Shown piece by piece: positions 17,425 to 28,073 of a DNA stretch of 64,000 nt. The notes beneath the pieces are model-generated. The model made no database searches. It was not told the origin of the DNA and saw only the letters and a list, made by a program, of their open reading frames with translations. The position numbers were made by a program, and so were the translations under genes. How positions within the stretch are numbered: position 1 is the stretch's first letter; the number at the start of each line of letters is the position of its first letter. The stretch lies in the NCBI GenBank assembly GCA_049296855.1, contig JBAQTF010000010.1, positions 108,610 through 172,609 on the forward strand. The letters are read 5' to 3'. Origin of the DNA: Minisyncoccia bacterium (GTDB lineage Bacteria; Patescibacteriota; Minisyncoccia; Phycocordibacterales; DATDWN01).

Positions 17425-18696
17425 ATGTCAGAATTCATAAACAAACTGAAGTCAGTCTTTCAAGATAAAATCTTAAGAAAGCGAATGTTTTTCACACTCG
17501 CGGCTCTAGTTGTGTTTCGAATACTTGCGGCAATCCCAATTTCTGGAGTTGATCATGCTAAACTTGCACAATTTTTCTCAAGTAACCAATTCTTTGGTCT
17601 CTTGAACATTTTCTCTGGCGGTGGATTATCTCAACTCTCTATCGTTATGCTTGGAGTAGGTCCGTACATCACTGGTTCTATTATAATGCAACTCTTGACA
17701 ATTATGTCTCCGAAACTAAAGGAGATGTATCAGGAAGAAGGAGAGGCTGGACGACGCAGATTTGCACAGTATGGAAGAATTCTTACAATTCCTCTAGCAC
17801 TATTACAGTCTTTCAGTTTTATAAAAATTCTAGAAAATCAACAGATTCTAGGGCATCTTTCACTGTTTCCTTTAGCAACAAACTTACTCATTATCACTGC
17901 TGGTTCAGTTCTTCTTATGTGGATCGGCGAGTTAATTTCCGAATACGGTATTGGAAACGGAGTTAGTTTAATAATCTTCGCTGGTATCGTTGCTGGACTA
18001 CCTGTATCTATAGCTCAGGTTTTTTATTCTTATGATGTGTCACAAATACCTCTATATCTAGCCTTTATCGTTGCTGCAACGTTTGTCATAGTCGGCGTTG
18101 TTGTCATTACAGAAGCAGAGAGACCTATCCCTGTTACATATGCAAAACAAGTCCGCGGAAATAAAGTTTACGGTGGAACCTCAAGTTACATTCCTCTACG
18201 AATAAATCAGGCTGGAGTTATTCCAATAATCTTTGCTCTGTCTATACTTTTGTTTCCTCAAATGATTTTGAGATTCTTGCAAAACATCAGTAACGTGACT
18301 ATACAATCAATATCTTCGACTCTTCTAAGTATTCTGGCTAACCAGTGGTTCTACGGAATTATGTATTTCTTCCTAGTATTTATTTTCACTTACTTCTATA
18401 CAGCTGTTACTTTTGACCCAGATCAAATTTCAACAAGTCTTCAGAAAAATGGAGCTTTTATTCCGGGAGTACGACCAGGTAAATCAACTTCAGACCATAT
18501 CGCAAAAATACTAACCAGATTAACTCTAGTTGGGGCGTTATTCCTAGGTTTCATAGCTGTTCTCCCTCTTATTATGAGTGGTGTTACTGGTATCACAGCG
18601 GTATCTGTTGGTGGGACATCTCTTCTTATCGTCGTGTCAGTAGTAATCGACCTCATCAAAAAAATTGACGCGCAGGTCTCAATTAGGGAGTACTAG
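17425..18696 (+). CDS. secY: preprotein translocase subunit SecY
   Basis: It has 10 TM helices and SecY motifs. Confidence 0.95.
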   Translation: MSEFINKLKSVFQDKILRKRMFFTLAALVVFRILAAIPISGVDHAKLAQFFSSNQFFGLLNIFSGGGLSQLSIVMLGVGPYITGSIIMQLLTIMSPKLKEMYQEEGEAGRRRFAQYGRILTIPLALLQSFSFIKILENQQILGHLSLFPLATNLLIITAGSVLLMWIGELISEYGIGNGVSLIIFAGIVAGLPVSIAQVFYSYDVSQIPLYLAFIVAATFVIVGVVVITEAERPIPVTYAKQVRGNKVYGGTSSYIPLRINQAGVIPIIFALSILLFPQMILRFLQNISNVTIQSISSTLLSILANQWFYGIMYFFLVFIFTYFYTAVTFDPDQISTSLQKNGAFIPGVRPGKSTSDHIAKILTRLTLVGALFLGFIAVLPLIMSGVTGITAVSVGGTSLLIVVSVVIDLIKKIDAQVSIREY

Positions 18697-18783
18697 GGTT
18701 TAAAAGTAGAAAGTTAAAAGCAAGATGCTATAATGTATCTGTATTACTTTCAACTTTAAAACTTTCTAACTTTTTACTTCCAC

Positions 18784-19371
18784 ATGTCTCCACAAACTTT
18801 TGTTTTTATTGGACGGTCTGGTTGCGGAAAAGGAACACAGGCAGATCTGTTAATGAAAAAACTGAAAGAAAAACAGCCAGACGATTTTATTTTTTATCTT
18901 GAAACTGGTCAAAAATTCCGTGATTTCATTTCTGCCTCTGGATATTCAAACCAATTAGCAAAAACAATTCAAGATAAAGGTGCGTTGCAACCGTCTTTTC
19001 TGGCTGTCTGGATTTGGTCAGATATTTTAATAGAAAAATTAAGGAAAGATGACCATCTTTTCATCGATGGAACACCTAGAAAGCTTGGAGAAGCTATAAT
19101 ATTTTTTGAAGCTCTTAAATTTTATTCTCGAAAACCAAATGTTATATATATAAATGTTTCTCGTACATGGTCCGAGGAGCGCCTCTCTGAACGTCATCGA
19201 TCTGATGATATGTTTGCGCTAGTGAAAAAACGACTAGACTGGTTTGATTCAGAAGTTATGCCAGCAGTTGAATATTTCAAAGATAGTTTAGATGTTAATT
19301 TTTTTGATGTAAATGGTGAGAGGTCTATAGAAGATATTCATACCGACATTGTCTCAAAGCTAAAATGGTAA
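18784..19371 (+). CDS. adk: adenylate kinase
   Basis: It has the P-loop GRSGCGKGTQ. Confidence 0.85.
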   Translation: MSPQTFVFIGRSGCGKGTQADLLMKKLKEKQPDDFIFYLETGQKFRDFISASGYSNQLAKTIQDKGALQPSFLAVWIWSDILIEKLRKDDHLFIDGTPRKLGEAIIFFEALKFYSRKPNVIYINVSRTWSEERLSERHRSDDMFALVKKRLDWFDSEVMPAVEYFKDSLDVNFFDVNGERSIEDIHTDIVSKLKW

Positions 19372-19531
19372 AATAGTTGAAATTATCTCATCTGCGTTGT
19401 TGCTAGTTTTATTTTTTCCGTGCGCAGTAGGTTTACTACAGCTTGGTCAAAAATAAAACGTCGCGCCTAGCATCTGAAACAATTTCAACTATTTTACAAG
19501 TACCAAATTTCATGTAATGTAATGATATAAC

Positions 19532-20299
19532 ATGATTAAACTGAAAAAACCAGAGGAAATAGAGATCCTAAAAGAGGGCGGAAAACGTCATGCTTTTATT
19601 CTATCGGAAATAGTAAAAGCGGTCGCACCCGGTGTATCAACAGACGACCTTGAGGAGCTAGCCAGAAGACTAATAAAAGAAAGTAATGATACGGCGGCGT
19701 TTTTAAATTACACTCCACGTGGTGCAAAGAGAGCATATCCGGCTAGTTTATGTGTATCAATCAACAACGAGATTGTCCATGGTATACCGAACGAGAAACC
19801 AACCATTCTGCAGGAAGGTGACATTGTTTCTCTCGATCTCGGTCTTGTTCACAAAGGCTTGATTACTGATAGTGCTGTAACTATTGGAGTTGGGGAAATA
19901 TCTGATAAAGATGCAAAACTTTTAAAACACTGCAAAGAAGCTCTTGACCTTGGAATCAAAGCTGCACGTGGTGGAGCCCATGTAGGTGATGTAGGAGAAG
20001 CAATAGGAGTATTCTCTAGGAAACTGGGCTATGGACTCTGTGAAGGCTTATCTGGCCATGGTGTAGGGTATAAAGTGCATGAAGACCCTTTTATACCAAA
20101 CGAAGGGCGAAAGGGTGAAGGTGAAATACTACGGCCTGGTATGGTCATTGCTATTGAGCCAATGCTAACTTTGGGTGGAGATAAAATAGTTTTGGCCAAT
20201 GATGGATATACTTACAAAACAGCCGATGGATCAAATGCTTGTCATTTTGAACATACTATAGTCATAACTGATGGAGATCCGATTGTGTTGACAAAATAA
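19532..20299 (+). CDS. map: type I methionine aminopeptidase
   Basis: Metal-binding residues of MetAP are present in the C-terminal half. Confidence 0.9.
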   Translation: MIKLKKPEEIEILKEGGKRHAFILSEIVKAVAPGVSTDDLEELARRLIKESNDTAAFLNYTPRGAKRAYPASLCVSINNEIVHGIPNEKPTILQEGDIVSLDLGLVHKGLITDSAVTIGVGEISDKDAKLLKHCKEALDLGIKAARGGAHVGDVGEAIGVFSRKLGYGLCEGLSGHGVGYKVHEDPFIPNEGRKGEGEILRPGMVIAIEPMLTLGGDKIVLANDGYTYKTADGSNACHFEHTIVITDGDPIVLTK

Positions 20300-20320
20300 T
20301 TAAGATATCATAATAAAGCA

Positions 20321-20938
20321 ATGACGGACAAAAAGACTCATCCAAAAAAAGAAAGAACTTTAATTATTATAAAACCTGATGGAGTGCAGAGAACTCTTAT
20401 CGGAGAAATAATAAAACGCTATGAACGAGTGGGCTTGAAACTAATAGCTATGAAAATGGTCGTCCCAACAGAGGATCACATTGAAAAACACTACACTTTA
20501 GATCCAGATTGGCGAAGAACTACTGGAGAAAAAACTATTGCTAGTTATATAAAAAAAGGTGACACTCCTTGGACAATAGATCCCCTAGAAGTGACTCGAG
20601 TGCTTCTGACTACTTTGAAAAAGTATATGGCTTCTGGGCCAGTTATAGCTATGGTTTGGGAAGGGGTTCACTCGGTAGAAATAGTTAGGAAAATAACTGG
20701 CGGAACGGAACCAAGATCATCTGATGTTGGAACTATACGTGGTGACTTTGTTATTGATTCATACATTGTTTCAGACGTAGACAAAAGAGCAGTGAGAAAT
20801 CTCGTCCACGCGTCAGGAACACCCGCAGAGGCAGAGATGGAAATAAATCACTGGTTCAAACAAGAAGAGTTGCTTGATTACAGGTTGATCCAAGATGAGA
20901 TTTTGTATGATGTTAACCTAGACGGAATTCTCGAATAA
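20321..20938 (+). CDS. ndk: nucleoside-diphosphate kinase with insertions
   Basis: The N-terminal NDK motif IIKPDGVQR...IGEII is present. At 205 aa the protein is longer than a typical NDK. Confidence 0.75.
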   Translation: MTDKKTHPKKERTLIIIKPDGVQRTLIGEIIKRYERVGLKLIAMKMVVPTEDHIEKHYTLDPDWRRTTGEKTIASYIKKGDTPWTIDPLEVTRVLLTTLKKYMASGPVIAMVWEGVHSVEIVRKITGGTEPRSSDVGTIRGDFVIDSYIVSDVDKRAVRNLVHASGTPAEAEMEINHWFKQEELLDYRLIQDEILYDVNLDGILE

Positions 20939-20972
20939 TTTTTATACAGCACGATTATTTTGTTAGTGCAAG

Positions 20973-21000
20973 TTGAATCAGGTTCTACTAGTAGTATAAT
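20973..21000 (+). promoter_or_regulatory. promoter TTGAAT-N16-TATAAT
   Basis: The -35 is at 20973-20978 and the -10 TATAAT is at 20995-21000. Confidence 0.45.
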
Positions 21001-21202
21001 GAAATCAGGATTACGTTTGATATTTTCCGACTAATCATATTTTAGGGAGCTCTACATTTTTGTACCACGATGAGCGTCTTCGGACATTCTGACGAGTACA
21101 TCTGCGGGCACCCACCTAGATTTTTACTAGGGGAATATCTACGTAATCCCATTAATATACTCACGTAATGCGTGGGTATTTTAATTTTGTTATAATTAGC
21201 CG

Positions 21203-21610
21203 ATGTTAAAAACTTCTCTATTTAGAAAATCTGTCACACTGTTTTTAATAATCTTCTTCTTAAAGAAAATTGCCGAAATCTTTTATTTCCACTGGACGTT
21301 ATGGTGGTACGACGTGATATTACACTCTCTATCTGGTGGCCTAATTGGTCTAACTATAGTTTTGGTTTGGTCTAACTATCACGGACTGGAAAACTCCAAC
21401 AAATTAAAGATTATAACAACTACTCTTCTATTAGCTTTTATAATTGGTCTTTTGTGGGAAATTTTTGAGCTTTATTCAGGTGATACTTCTTTTAATGATG
21501 GCATCGTATACATAAGAGACACGGCTTCAGACCTCATAGCTGACGTCTGTGGTTCATTTTTTGGACTATTGTATGCCTATAACAAAGAACTAAAGGTAGA
21601 AAAAATATGA
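21203..21610 (+). CDS. hypothetical membrane protein
   Basis: It has about 4 TM helices. Confidence 0.4.
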   Translation: MLKTSLFRKSVTLFLIIFFLKKIAEIFYFHWTLWWYDVILHSLSGGLIGLTIVLVWSNYHGLENSNKLKIITTTLLLAFIIGLLWEIFELYSGDTSFNDGIVYIRDTASDLIADVCGSFFGLLYAYNKELKVEKI

Positions 21611-23010
21611 GCGATCTACAAATTACATTTTTTGGAGGAGTAGGCACAGTAACTGGTGCTAATTTTCTTTTAGAATCTCTCCAGACTAAATTACTAGTAG
21701 ATTGTGGACTTATTCAGGGCGTAAAAGAAAGTGCTCTGGAAAATAAAAAACTGTTCCCTTATGACGTAAAAAGTATTAATTATCTTTTCATCACTCACGC
21801 TCATATGGATCATATCGGTAGAGTGTGCAAATTAGTCAGAGATGGCTTTCGAGGGACTATCTACTCAACTCCTGAGACCAAAGAGTTGGCTCAGGTCATG
21901 ATTGTGGATGCAATGAAAGTTATGGAAATGAATTACAGAGAAGCTCCTCTGGACATGAAGGAGCCACCACTCTATGACACAAATGATTTTAATGTAACTT
22001 TTTCTCTTTGGAATACTATTCCGTACCATATACAAACAAAAATAAATGACGAGTTTTCTGTATACCTAAAAGATGCTGGACATATACTAGGGTCTTCGAT
22101 GTACGAGTTCAGCTACAAAAATCTTCGTGGGCCATGGAGTAGTAAACCGAAGAAAATTGTTTTTACAGGAGATTCAGGTAATTCACCAGCACCATTACTC
22201 AAAGATACGGAACTAATCACGGACGCTGATTATCTAATAGTAGACTCAGTTTACGGAGACAGAAATCATGAACCAAAAGATGAGAGGGATGAAAAATTCC
22301 GTCGTATTTCAACAGAGACAATACAAGCGAACGGCGCTCTGGTCATTCCTGCCTTTTCTATAGAACGTACGCAAGTTATTTTATATGAATTAAATAATTT
22401 GGTCGAAGAACATAAAATCCCATCTGTTCCTATTTTTCTCGATTCTCCTCTTGGAAGCAAAGTGACTGCTATTTACGCCCACACGATAAGAGACTTTAAT
22501 TCCGGAGTTCAAAAAGAAATAAAAGATGGGGATGATATTTTTCAATTTCCAAAATTAACTATTACTCATGGTTCGCGAGATTCACAAGATATAATAAACA
22601 CACCAAATCCAAAGATAATAATCGCAGGATCGGGTATGTCGTCTGGTGGCAGAGTAGTTGGTCATGAAATACATTTTCTCCCTGACCCAAAGTCGACGAT
22701 TCTTCTTATGGGTTATCAAGCTGTTGGAACTCTTGGCCGTCGTATACAAGACAGACCAAAAGAAGTGGAGATAAAAGACAGTATAATACCTATACGTGCT
22801 CGTATAGAGATGATTTCTGGCTACTCCTCTCACAAGGATTCCGATGGCTTAGTTAATATGGTTTCTGACACATCAAAAACAGTTAAAAAAGTCTTTGTCG
22901 TCATGGGTGAACCAAAATCATCAACATTCTTAGTCCAACGACTTCGGGACGAACTAGAGGTGGATGCTATTTATCCCGAGAGAGGAAAAGTATATGATTT
23001 GAGTAAATAA
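21607..23010 (+). CDS. MBL-fold beta-CASP ribonuclease (RNase J/CPSF-like)
   Basis: It has the HxHxDH motif (HAHMDH) and a beta-CASP C-terminal region. Confidence 0.7.
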   Translation: MSDLQITFFGGVGTVTGANFLLESLQTKLLVDCGLIQGVKESALENKKLFPYDVKSINYLFITHAHMDHIGRVCKLVRDGFRGTIYSTPETKELAQVMIVDAMKVMEMNYREAPLDMKEPPLYDTNDFNVTFSLWNTIPYHIQTKINDEFSVYLKDAGHILGSSMYEFSYKNLRGPWSSKPKKIVFTGDSGNSPAPLLKDTELITDADYLIVDSVYGDRNHEPKDERDEKFRRISTETIQANGALVIPAFSIERTQVILYELNNLVEEHKIPSVPIFLDSPLGSKVTAIYAHTIRDFNSGVQKEIKDGDDIFQFPKLTITHGSRDSQDIINTPNPKIIIAGSGMSSGGRVVGHEIHFLPDPKSTILLMGYQAVGTLGRRIQDRPKEVEIKDSIIPIRARIEMISGYSSHKDSDGLVNMVSDTSKTVKKVFVVMGEPKSSTFLVQRLRDELEVDAIYPERGKVYDLSK

Positions 23011-23038
23011 CAAAAAACCGCCATCTGGCGGTTTTTTG
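23011..23038. terminator. bidirectional terminator
   Basis: The hairpin aaaaaaccgcca-tctg-gcggtttttt sits between two convergent genes. Confidence 0.6.
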
Positions 23039-23383
23039 TTATTTAGCTAGTGCTACTACTTTCTTAAATGTTTCTGGATTTTGTTCTGCTAAGTTTGCGA
23101 GAATCTTTCGATCGATTAGGATTCCTTTTTTCTTTAGCCCACCTATTACTCTACTGTATGAAGTTCCGAGCTCTTTTACCGCATATGAGATTTTTACGTT
23201 CCACATCTTGCGAGCATCACCTTTTTTATCTCGTCTATGTGCAAAAGAATATGCTCCAGCGTGAAGAATAGCTTCTTTTGCCTGTCGTTCCTTTGTAGAT
23301 CGTCCATGTCGAAAACCCTTTGTCCTCGCAAGTCGTGATCGGCGCCTCTTCAATGCATTTACTGCTTTTTTTACTCTTGTCAT
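23039..23383 (-). CDS. rplT: 50S ribosomal protein L20
   Basis: The L20 family sequence is recognisable. Confidence 0.9.
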   Translation of the reverse strand: MTRVKKAVNALKRRRSRLARTKGFRHGRSTKERQAKEAILHAGAYSFAHRRDKKGDARKMWNVKISYAVKELGTSYSRVIGGLKKKGILIDRKILANLAEQNPETFKKVVALAK

Positions 23384-23406
23384 ATGTTGTTCTTATTATT
23401 TTTGTA

Positions 23407-23595
23407 TTACTTCTTTATATAGAAAGCTATGTCTTTATTACTCATGTTAAAAGTTACATCTCGGTTTGAAGCGAGTTGTGCTCGGCGAGTTTTTTTTGCT
23501 CGAAAGTGATTCCGCCCAGTTGCACGAGCTTTTATTTTGCCGTTCTTAGAAATTTTTAATCTCTTTGTAAAACTTTTGTTTGTTTTTGTACTCAT
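23407..23595 (-). CDS. rpmI: 50S ribosomal protein L35
   Basis: It is a small basic protein lying between infC and rplT. Confidence 0.75.
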   Translation of the reverse strand: MSTKTNKSFTKRLKISKNGKIKARATGRNHFRAKKTRRAQLASNRDVTFNMSNKDIAFYIKK

Positions 23596-23602
23596 AATTT
23601 TA

Positions 23603-24130
23603 TTATGCACGCTCGATAATGATGGATAACCCTTTTGGACTCTTTTTGGCTGGATCAGCCACTTTGTATTCTTCAGTAATAAGCTTTAACACACGTTCCA
23701 TACGTTCTTGTAAGAACTTCATGTCCATGTATTTTGTTCTTCCTGGGAGAAAAAGATCTATTTTGATGCGATTTCCTTCCTTTAACCACTGTGACGCTTT
23801 CTTGGCTTTAAGCTCTAAATCGTGGTCTCCGGTGCCTACTTTTACCTGTATATTCTTAACTTCTACTATATGAGCCTTGGTTTTAGCCACCTTTAGCTTC
23901 TTATTTTCAGCATACTGAAATTTACCATAATCCATGATTTTTGCAACCGGTGGATTAGCTTTTGGCGATATTTCGATGAGATCTAGTCCAGTCTCTCTAG
24001 CTTTGTCCAAGGCAACTTTAAAGGAGACAACCCCGAGATTTGTACCATCTTCCATAATGACACGAAGTTCAGGTGCTGTTATTTGGTTATTTATTCTTAT
24101 ATGTGTAGACAAAATTTTTAGAAATCCCAT
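23603..24130 (-). CDS. infC: translation initiation factor IF-3
   Basis: The IF3 N- and C-domains are recognisable. The true start may be a non-ATG codon. Confidence 0.85.
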   Translation of the reverse strand: MGFLKILSTHIRINNQITAPELRVIMEDGTNLGVVSFKVALDKARETGLDLIEISPKANPPVAKIMDYGKFQYAENKKLKVAKTKAHIVEVKNIQVKVGTGDHDLELKAKKASQWLKEGNRIKIDLFLPGRTKYMDMKFLQERMERVLKLITEEYKVADPAKKSPKGLSIIIERA

Positions 24131-24302
24131 ATTCGGCCAATCTCATCGTCTAAAATTTAGAAAACATCTTCACCATACTATGCGTATGTCTCAGATGATT
24201 TTCCAAATTTTATACATGATCTTGTCTCAAATCTGAAATTTCTTTATTAAGCTTATAATAATGTGAGGAAAATATAGCACGTTTTCCCTACGTACGCAAT
24301 TA

Positions 24303-24941
24303 CTACTGCACTTTTAGAGTCTTCAGGATAGATTCAAAGATTTGTGTAGATTTTTCTTTATTTATTATACCAGGAACAGCGAGTGCTTTGTCCATATTTT
24401 CTGTATCAATAGCTCCGGTGAATACAGTTATCAATTCCTCACGAGTGACAAGTGTTTTGCTGTTGTCGATAGGGAAATAGTATGTTGTTTGTCCGCAACC
24501 TTCTGCTCCTTCGAATATTTTAAAACCTTTTAACTCTCCAACACTGTATTCATCAATAAACCCAGGAGACACCACCACTTCTCCATTCACAAAATTTTCC
24601 TGTGGTATGTAAGGACTTTCTGTTTTCATTGTCTCAACCAAACCTTTATTGACGACATGAAAAACAACATTAAAATCAGTCAGAGTCGGTATTGTCATAT
24701 CACCCTCACCTTTGAAATCACAATAGTCGTGATGTGTGAAGGGAACTTCGTGGTGAAGCGTTACTTCACCAGATGTTGTGGACGCTGTTAGAATTTTCGG
24801 ATACGTGAAAGAAATTCCAGATGTGGAGTTTCTATAATTTGAAACCGTTGTATCAACAGGAGTTTTGTTCGTTTTCTTATAGTACCAAAAACCACCAACA
24901 GCAAGAATAATTATAATAAATGGAAGAATTAATTTTTTCAC
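24303..24941 (-). CDS. hypothetical secreted protein with a signal peptide
   Basis: It has an N-terminal hydrophobic signal and no known motif. Confidence 0.5.
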   Translation of the reverse strand: MKKLILPFIIIILAVGGFWYYKKTNKTPVDTTVSNYRNSTSGISFTYPKILTASTTSGEVTLHHEVPFTHHDYCDFKGEGDMTIPTLTDFNVVFHVVNKGLVETMKTESPYIPQENFVNGEVVVSPGFIDEYSVGELKGFKIFEGAEGCGQTTYYFPIDNSKTLVTREELITVFTGAIDTENMDKALAVPGIINKEKSTQIFESILKTLKVQ

Positions 24942-25025
24942 AAAAAGAAGTATAACGCAGGAGACGGATTAACCAGTTGTTTATTACAAAACAAAAACTC
25001 CTATTCGGGAGTTTTTGTTAATTTG

Positions 25026-25421
25026 TGGAGAAGGAGAGAATTGAACTCTCGTGCAAATAAGATTTGATAATGTTTCTACACGACGTATTCAATTTAATTT
25101 TCTCGACTTCTATTCTTTAAATTGAAAAAATAAACAGAAGTCCAGTTTTCTTTTTCTCGAAACTAACTCGAAACTAAGTTAGCTTCCAGTCCGATGATAT
25201 ATCAATCACTTACCGTAACAGACTTAGGGTAGTGACCGCTCACTGAGTTTAATCTAAAAGATTAGACGAAAGCGAGAGCAAACTCATTCGCCATAAATGG
25301 TGAACGAACTGCTTTTGCAAAGGTGTTTTTAGCATCTATGCTTTGAAGCCTTTTAAAGAGTTACTCCAGCTCTGTCGTGCACATTGTCAAAGAATTTATC
25401 TGTCTAAACCTGTCATCCCCC
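25026..25421 (-). ncRNA. ssrA: tmRNA (ssrA)
   Basis: On the minus strand the T-arm GAGAG-TTCAATT-CTCTC is followed by CTTCTCCA, giving an acceptor 3' strand and a discriminator A. The 5' end is GGGGGAU, which provides the G3.U pair. A tag reading frame encodes ANEFALAFV* (25262-25291). The gene lies next to smpB. Confidence 0.6.
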
Positions 25422-25573
25422 CGGAATCAAGCTCCTTTTTATTATAATGTTTTTGGAATATCGCGGAATGCGTGAAGCATGAGCGTTAAAGAAAATTTTC
25501 AACAGAAAATTATTCTGGTTCCAAAAATATTATAATAAAAAAGAGCTAAACTTTGGGCGAACGATAGGGAACA

Positions 25574-26017
25574 TTATCTATCACTGTACTCACGTCTTGT
25601 TTGTTTTTCGGTATCACGCTTTTTCAGCGTTTCTCGTTTATCGAACTTTTTCTTACCACGTCCGACGCCAAGATCCACCTTTAAAACTCTGCCCTCATTG
25701 TACACTGAAAGTGGTACTATTGTCAATCCTTTGGCTTTCTCAATATCAGCCAGAGTTTTTATCTCATTCTTGGTCAAAAGAAGCTTACGGTTACGGTGGG
25801 CATCATAGTCTTTAGGGGTATTTTCGGGCTGATATGGCGGTATAAAGGCGTTTATAAGGAAAGCCTCACCTCCACGTGCTGTGACGTATGAACCCTCCAA
25901 TGAACCCTGTCCTTTGCGGAGGGATTTAACCTCAAAACCAAAAAGTTCTATACCAGCAGTATATTTGTCGGTAATTTCGTAGTTAAAATGGGCTTTTTTA
26001 TTGCTTATTAACGCCAT
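25574..26017 (-). CDS. smpB: SsrA-binding protein SmpB
   Basis: The SmpB family sequence is recognisable. Confidence 0.9.
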   Translation of the reverse strand: MALISNKKAHFNYEITDKYTAGIELFGFEVKSLRKGQGSLEGSYVTARGGEAFLINAFIPPYQPENTPKDYDAHRNRKLLLTKNEIKTLADIEKAKGLTIVPLSVYNEGRVLKVDLGVGRGKKKFDKRETLKKRDTEKQTRREYSDR

Positions 26018-26084
26018 ATTTTACGATTATAACACATTTTTTCGAGCTTTTATTTCCAGACTTTTCGTGTATACTGGGGCTAAT

Positions 26085-28028
26085 ATGAGTATTAATTCAC
26101 CGGAAAACCCAGAAAAAAAGAAGATTATTATAAGAAAAACAAATAAAGGAAATCGAGATCCTGAGGGAAGCTCTTTAATAACCTATGTTGTTTCTGTATT
26201 AGTTATATTTATCGCACTTTCTGCTTTATACTCTTTTATATCTAGTTCGACTTCAAAAAAGACTGAACAAATAGCACTCTCGGACTTAACTTCTGACATA
26301 AAATCTGGACTCGTCACCACCATAATAGTTCGAGGCGATACTCTAGAAGCAAACTATAAATCAGGAACAACAACTACTTCAAAAAAAGAAGAAGGAGTAG
26401 CACTATCACAGACTCTTGTTAATTACGGATTAACAAAAGAAGAAATAGCAAAAATTAAAATTGATATAAAAAACGAAAATAGTCTGGGATATTGGTTTAT
26501 AAATCTTTCTCCTATAATTTTCCCCATTTTATTTATATTAGTTTTTATTTGGTTTATTACTCGACAAGTTAAAGGCGCTGGAATGCAAGCCCTGACTTTT
26601 GGTCAATCAAAAGCTCGCATGATAGACCCAAATGATAAAAGTCAAAGAGTAACTTTCAAAGATGTTGCCGGTAGTAAAGAAGCGAAAGAGGAACTGTCTG
26701 AAATAGTAGATTTTCTCCGTAATCCGAAAAAATTCCTCGATATTGGTGCACGAATCCCAAAAGGAATTCTTCTAATGGGTGCCCCTGGTACTGGTAAAAC
26801 GCTATTAGCTCGTGCTGTAGCAGGGGAAGCTGGTGTGGCATTTTTCTCAATCTCTGGTTCAGAATTCGTCGAGATGTTCGTTGGTGTTGGAGCCTCTCGT
26901 GTTAGAGATTTGTTTTTAATGGCCAAGAAAAATGCTCCTTCTATTATTTTCGTAGATGAAATCGACGCTGTCGGTCGTGTTAGAGGCGTCGGTGCGGGAG
27001 GGGGAAATGACGAAAGAGAGCAGACATTAAACCAGATTCTTGTTGAGATGGATGGGTTTGAACCAAACGAAAAAGTAATCGTCATGGCAGCAACAAACAG
27101 ACCAGACGTTCTAGACCCCGCATTACTGCGACCCGGAAGATTTGATCGTAGAGTGACTCTTGATTTGCCTGACCGAAAAGACCGTGAAGATATCCTGAAA
27201 GTCCACAGCGTAAAAAAACCTTTTGCCGAAGATGTGAATCTTCAAGTCATCGCGGAAAGAACACCGGGATTCTCTGGAGCAGATTTGTATTCACTTATGA
27301 ACGAGGGTGCGATCCTTGCTGCTCGTGAAAATCGTACAAAAGTTTCCCAATACGATCTTATACGTTCTATTGAGAAAGTAATGCTTGGACCAGAACGCAA
27401 GAGCCATATTCTGTCTAAGAAAGAAAAGGAAATTACTGCATATCATGAGGCTGGACATGCTGTACTCGCGTCAATCCTTCCATACGCTGATCCAGTTCAC
27501 AAAATTTCTATAATCGCTCGCGGTCGAGCTCTAGGTTACGTTTTCAAACTTTCTCTTGAAGATAAAAAATTACAATCTAAAAAAGAGTTCTTGGATGATA
27601 TTGCTGTCTCTCTCGGTGGATATGTTACGGAGAAAATGCTTTTTGACGACCTAACGACTGGTCCATCAAATGATTTGCAAGTTTCAACAGCTCTGGCTCG
27701 AGACATGGTTACAAAATACGGCATGTCGGATATGCTCGGACCTGTCGCCCTAGAAGGGCAGGGGGGTAGAGTTTTGTTTGGAAGAGGAGTGGAAGAGAAA
27801 GAGTTCTCTCAGAAAGTCGCGGCGGATATAGATAGTGAAGTAAGCCGTATCATGAGAGAAGCTCATGAAAAAGCAAGTAAAGTAATAACAGAAAACAGAA
27901 AACTTCTGGATGTTATAGCAAGACGACTGATAGAGAAAGAAACTATTGAACGTGCTGAATTCGAAACTATTTTAATAGCCAACGGTGTTACCCCAAAAAA
28001 GAAGCTAGATATAGAACACCAGGTCTAA
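26085..28028 (+). CDS. ftsH: ATP-dependent zinc metalloprotease FtsH
   Basis: It has AAA+ Walker A/B motifs, the SRH region and the HEAGH zinc site. I chose the internal start at 26085 to avoid overlap with smpB. Confidence 0.95.
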   Translation: MSINSPENPEKKKIIIRKTNKGNRDPEGSSLITYVVSVLVIFIALSALYSFISSSTSKKTEQIALSDLTSDIKSGLVTTIIVRGDTLEANYKSGTTTTSKKEEGVALSQTLVNYGLTKEEIAKIKIDIKNENSLGYWFINLSPIIFPILFILVFIWFITRQVKGAGMQALTFGQSKARMIDPNDKSQRVTFKDVAGSKEAKEELSEIVDFLRNPKKFLDIGARIPKGILLMGAPGTGKTLLARAVAGEAGVAFFSISGSEFVEMFVGVGASRVRDLFLMAKKNAPSIIFVDEIDAVGRVRGVGAGGGNDEREQTLNQILVEMDGFEPNEKVIVMAATNRPDVLDPALLRPGRFDRRVTLDLPDRKDREDILKVHSVKKPFAEDVNLQVIAERTPGFSGADLYSLMNEGAILAARENRTKVSQYDLIRSIEKVMLGPERKSHILSKKEKEITAYHEAGHAVLASILPYADPVHKISIIARGRALGYVFKLSLEDKKLQSKKEFLDDIAVSLGGYVTEKMLFDDLTTGPSNDLQVSTALARDMVTKYGMSDMLGPVALEGQGGRVLFGRGVEEKEFSQKVAADIDSEVSRIMREAHEKASKVITENRKLLDVIARRLIEKETIERAEFETILIANGVTPKKKLDIEHQV

Positions 28029-28073
28029 TTGACTTATTTATTGATTTGATGTATTCTGTACTTGGAGGTGCCG

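Noticed and set aside
6655-19480. Possibility that the dispersed repeats A, B and C form a CRISPR array
   Set aside because: The copies are kilobases apart inside operons, are not regularly spaced, and have no leader or cas genes. They are not CRISPR.
21070-21110. Hammerhead-ribozyme-like CUGACGAG box next to a UUCG tetraloop
   Set aside because: The matching GAAA/UH core strand and a proper stem II pairing are not present, so the motif is likely fortuitous.
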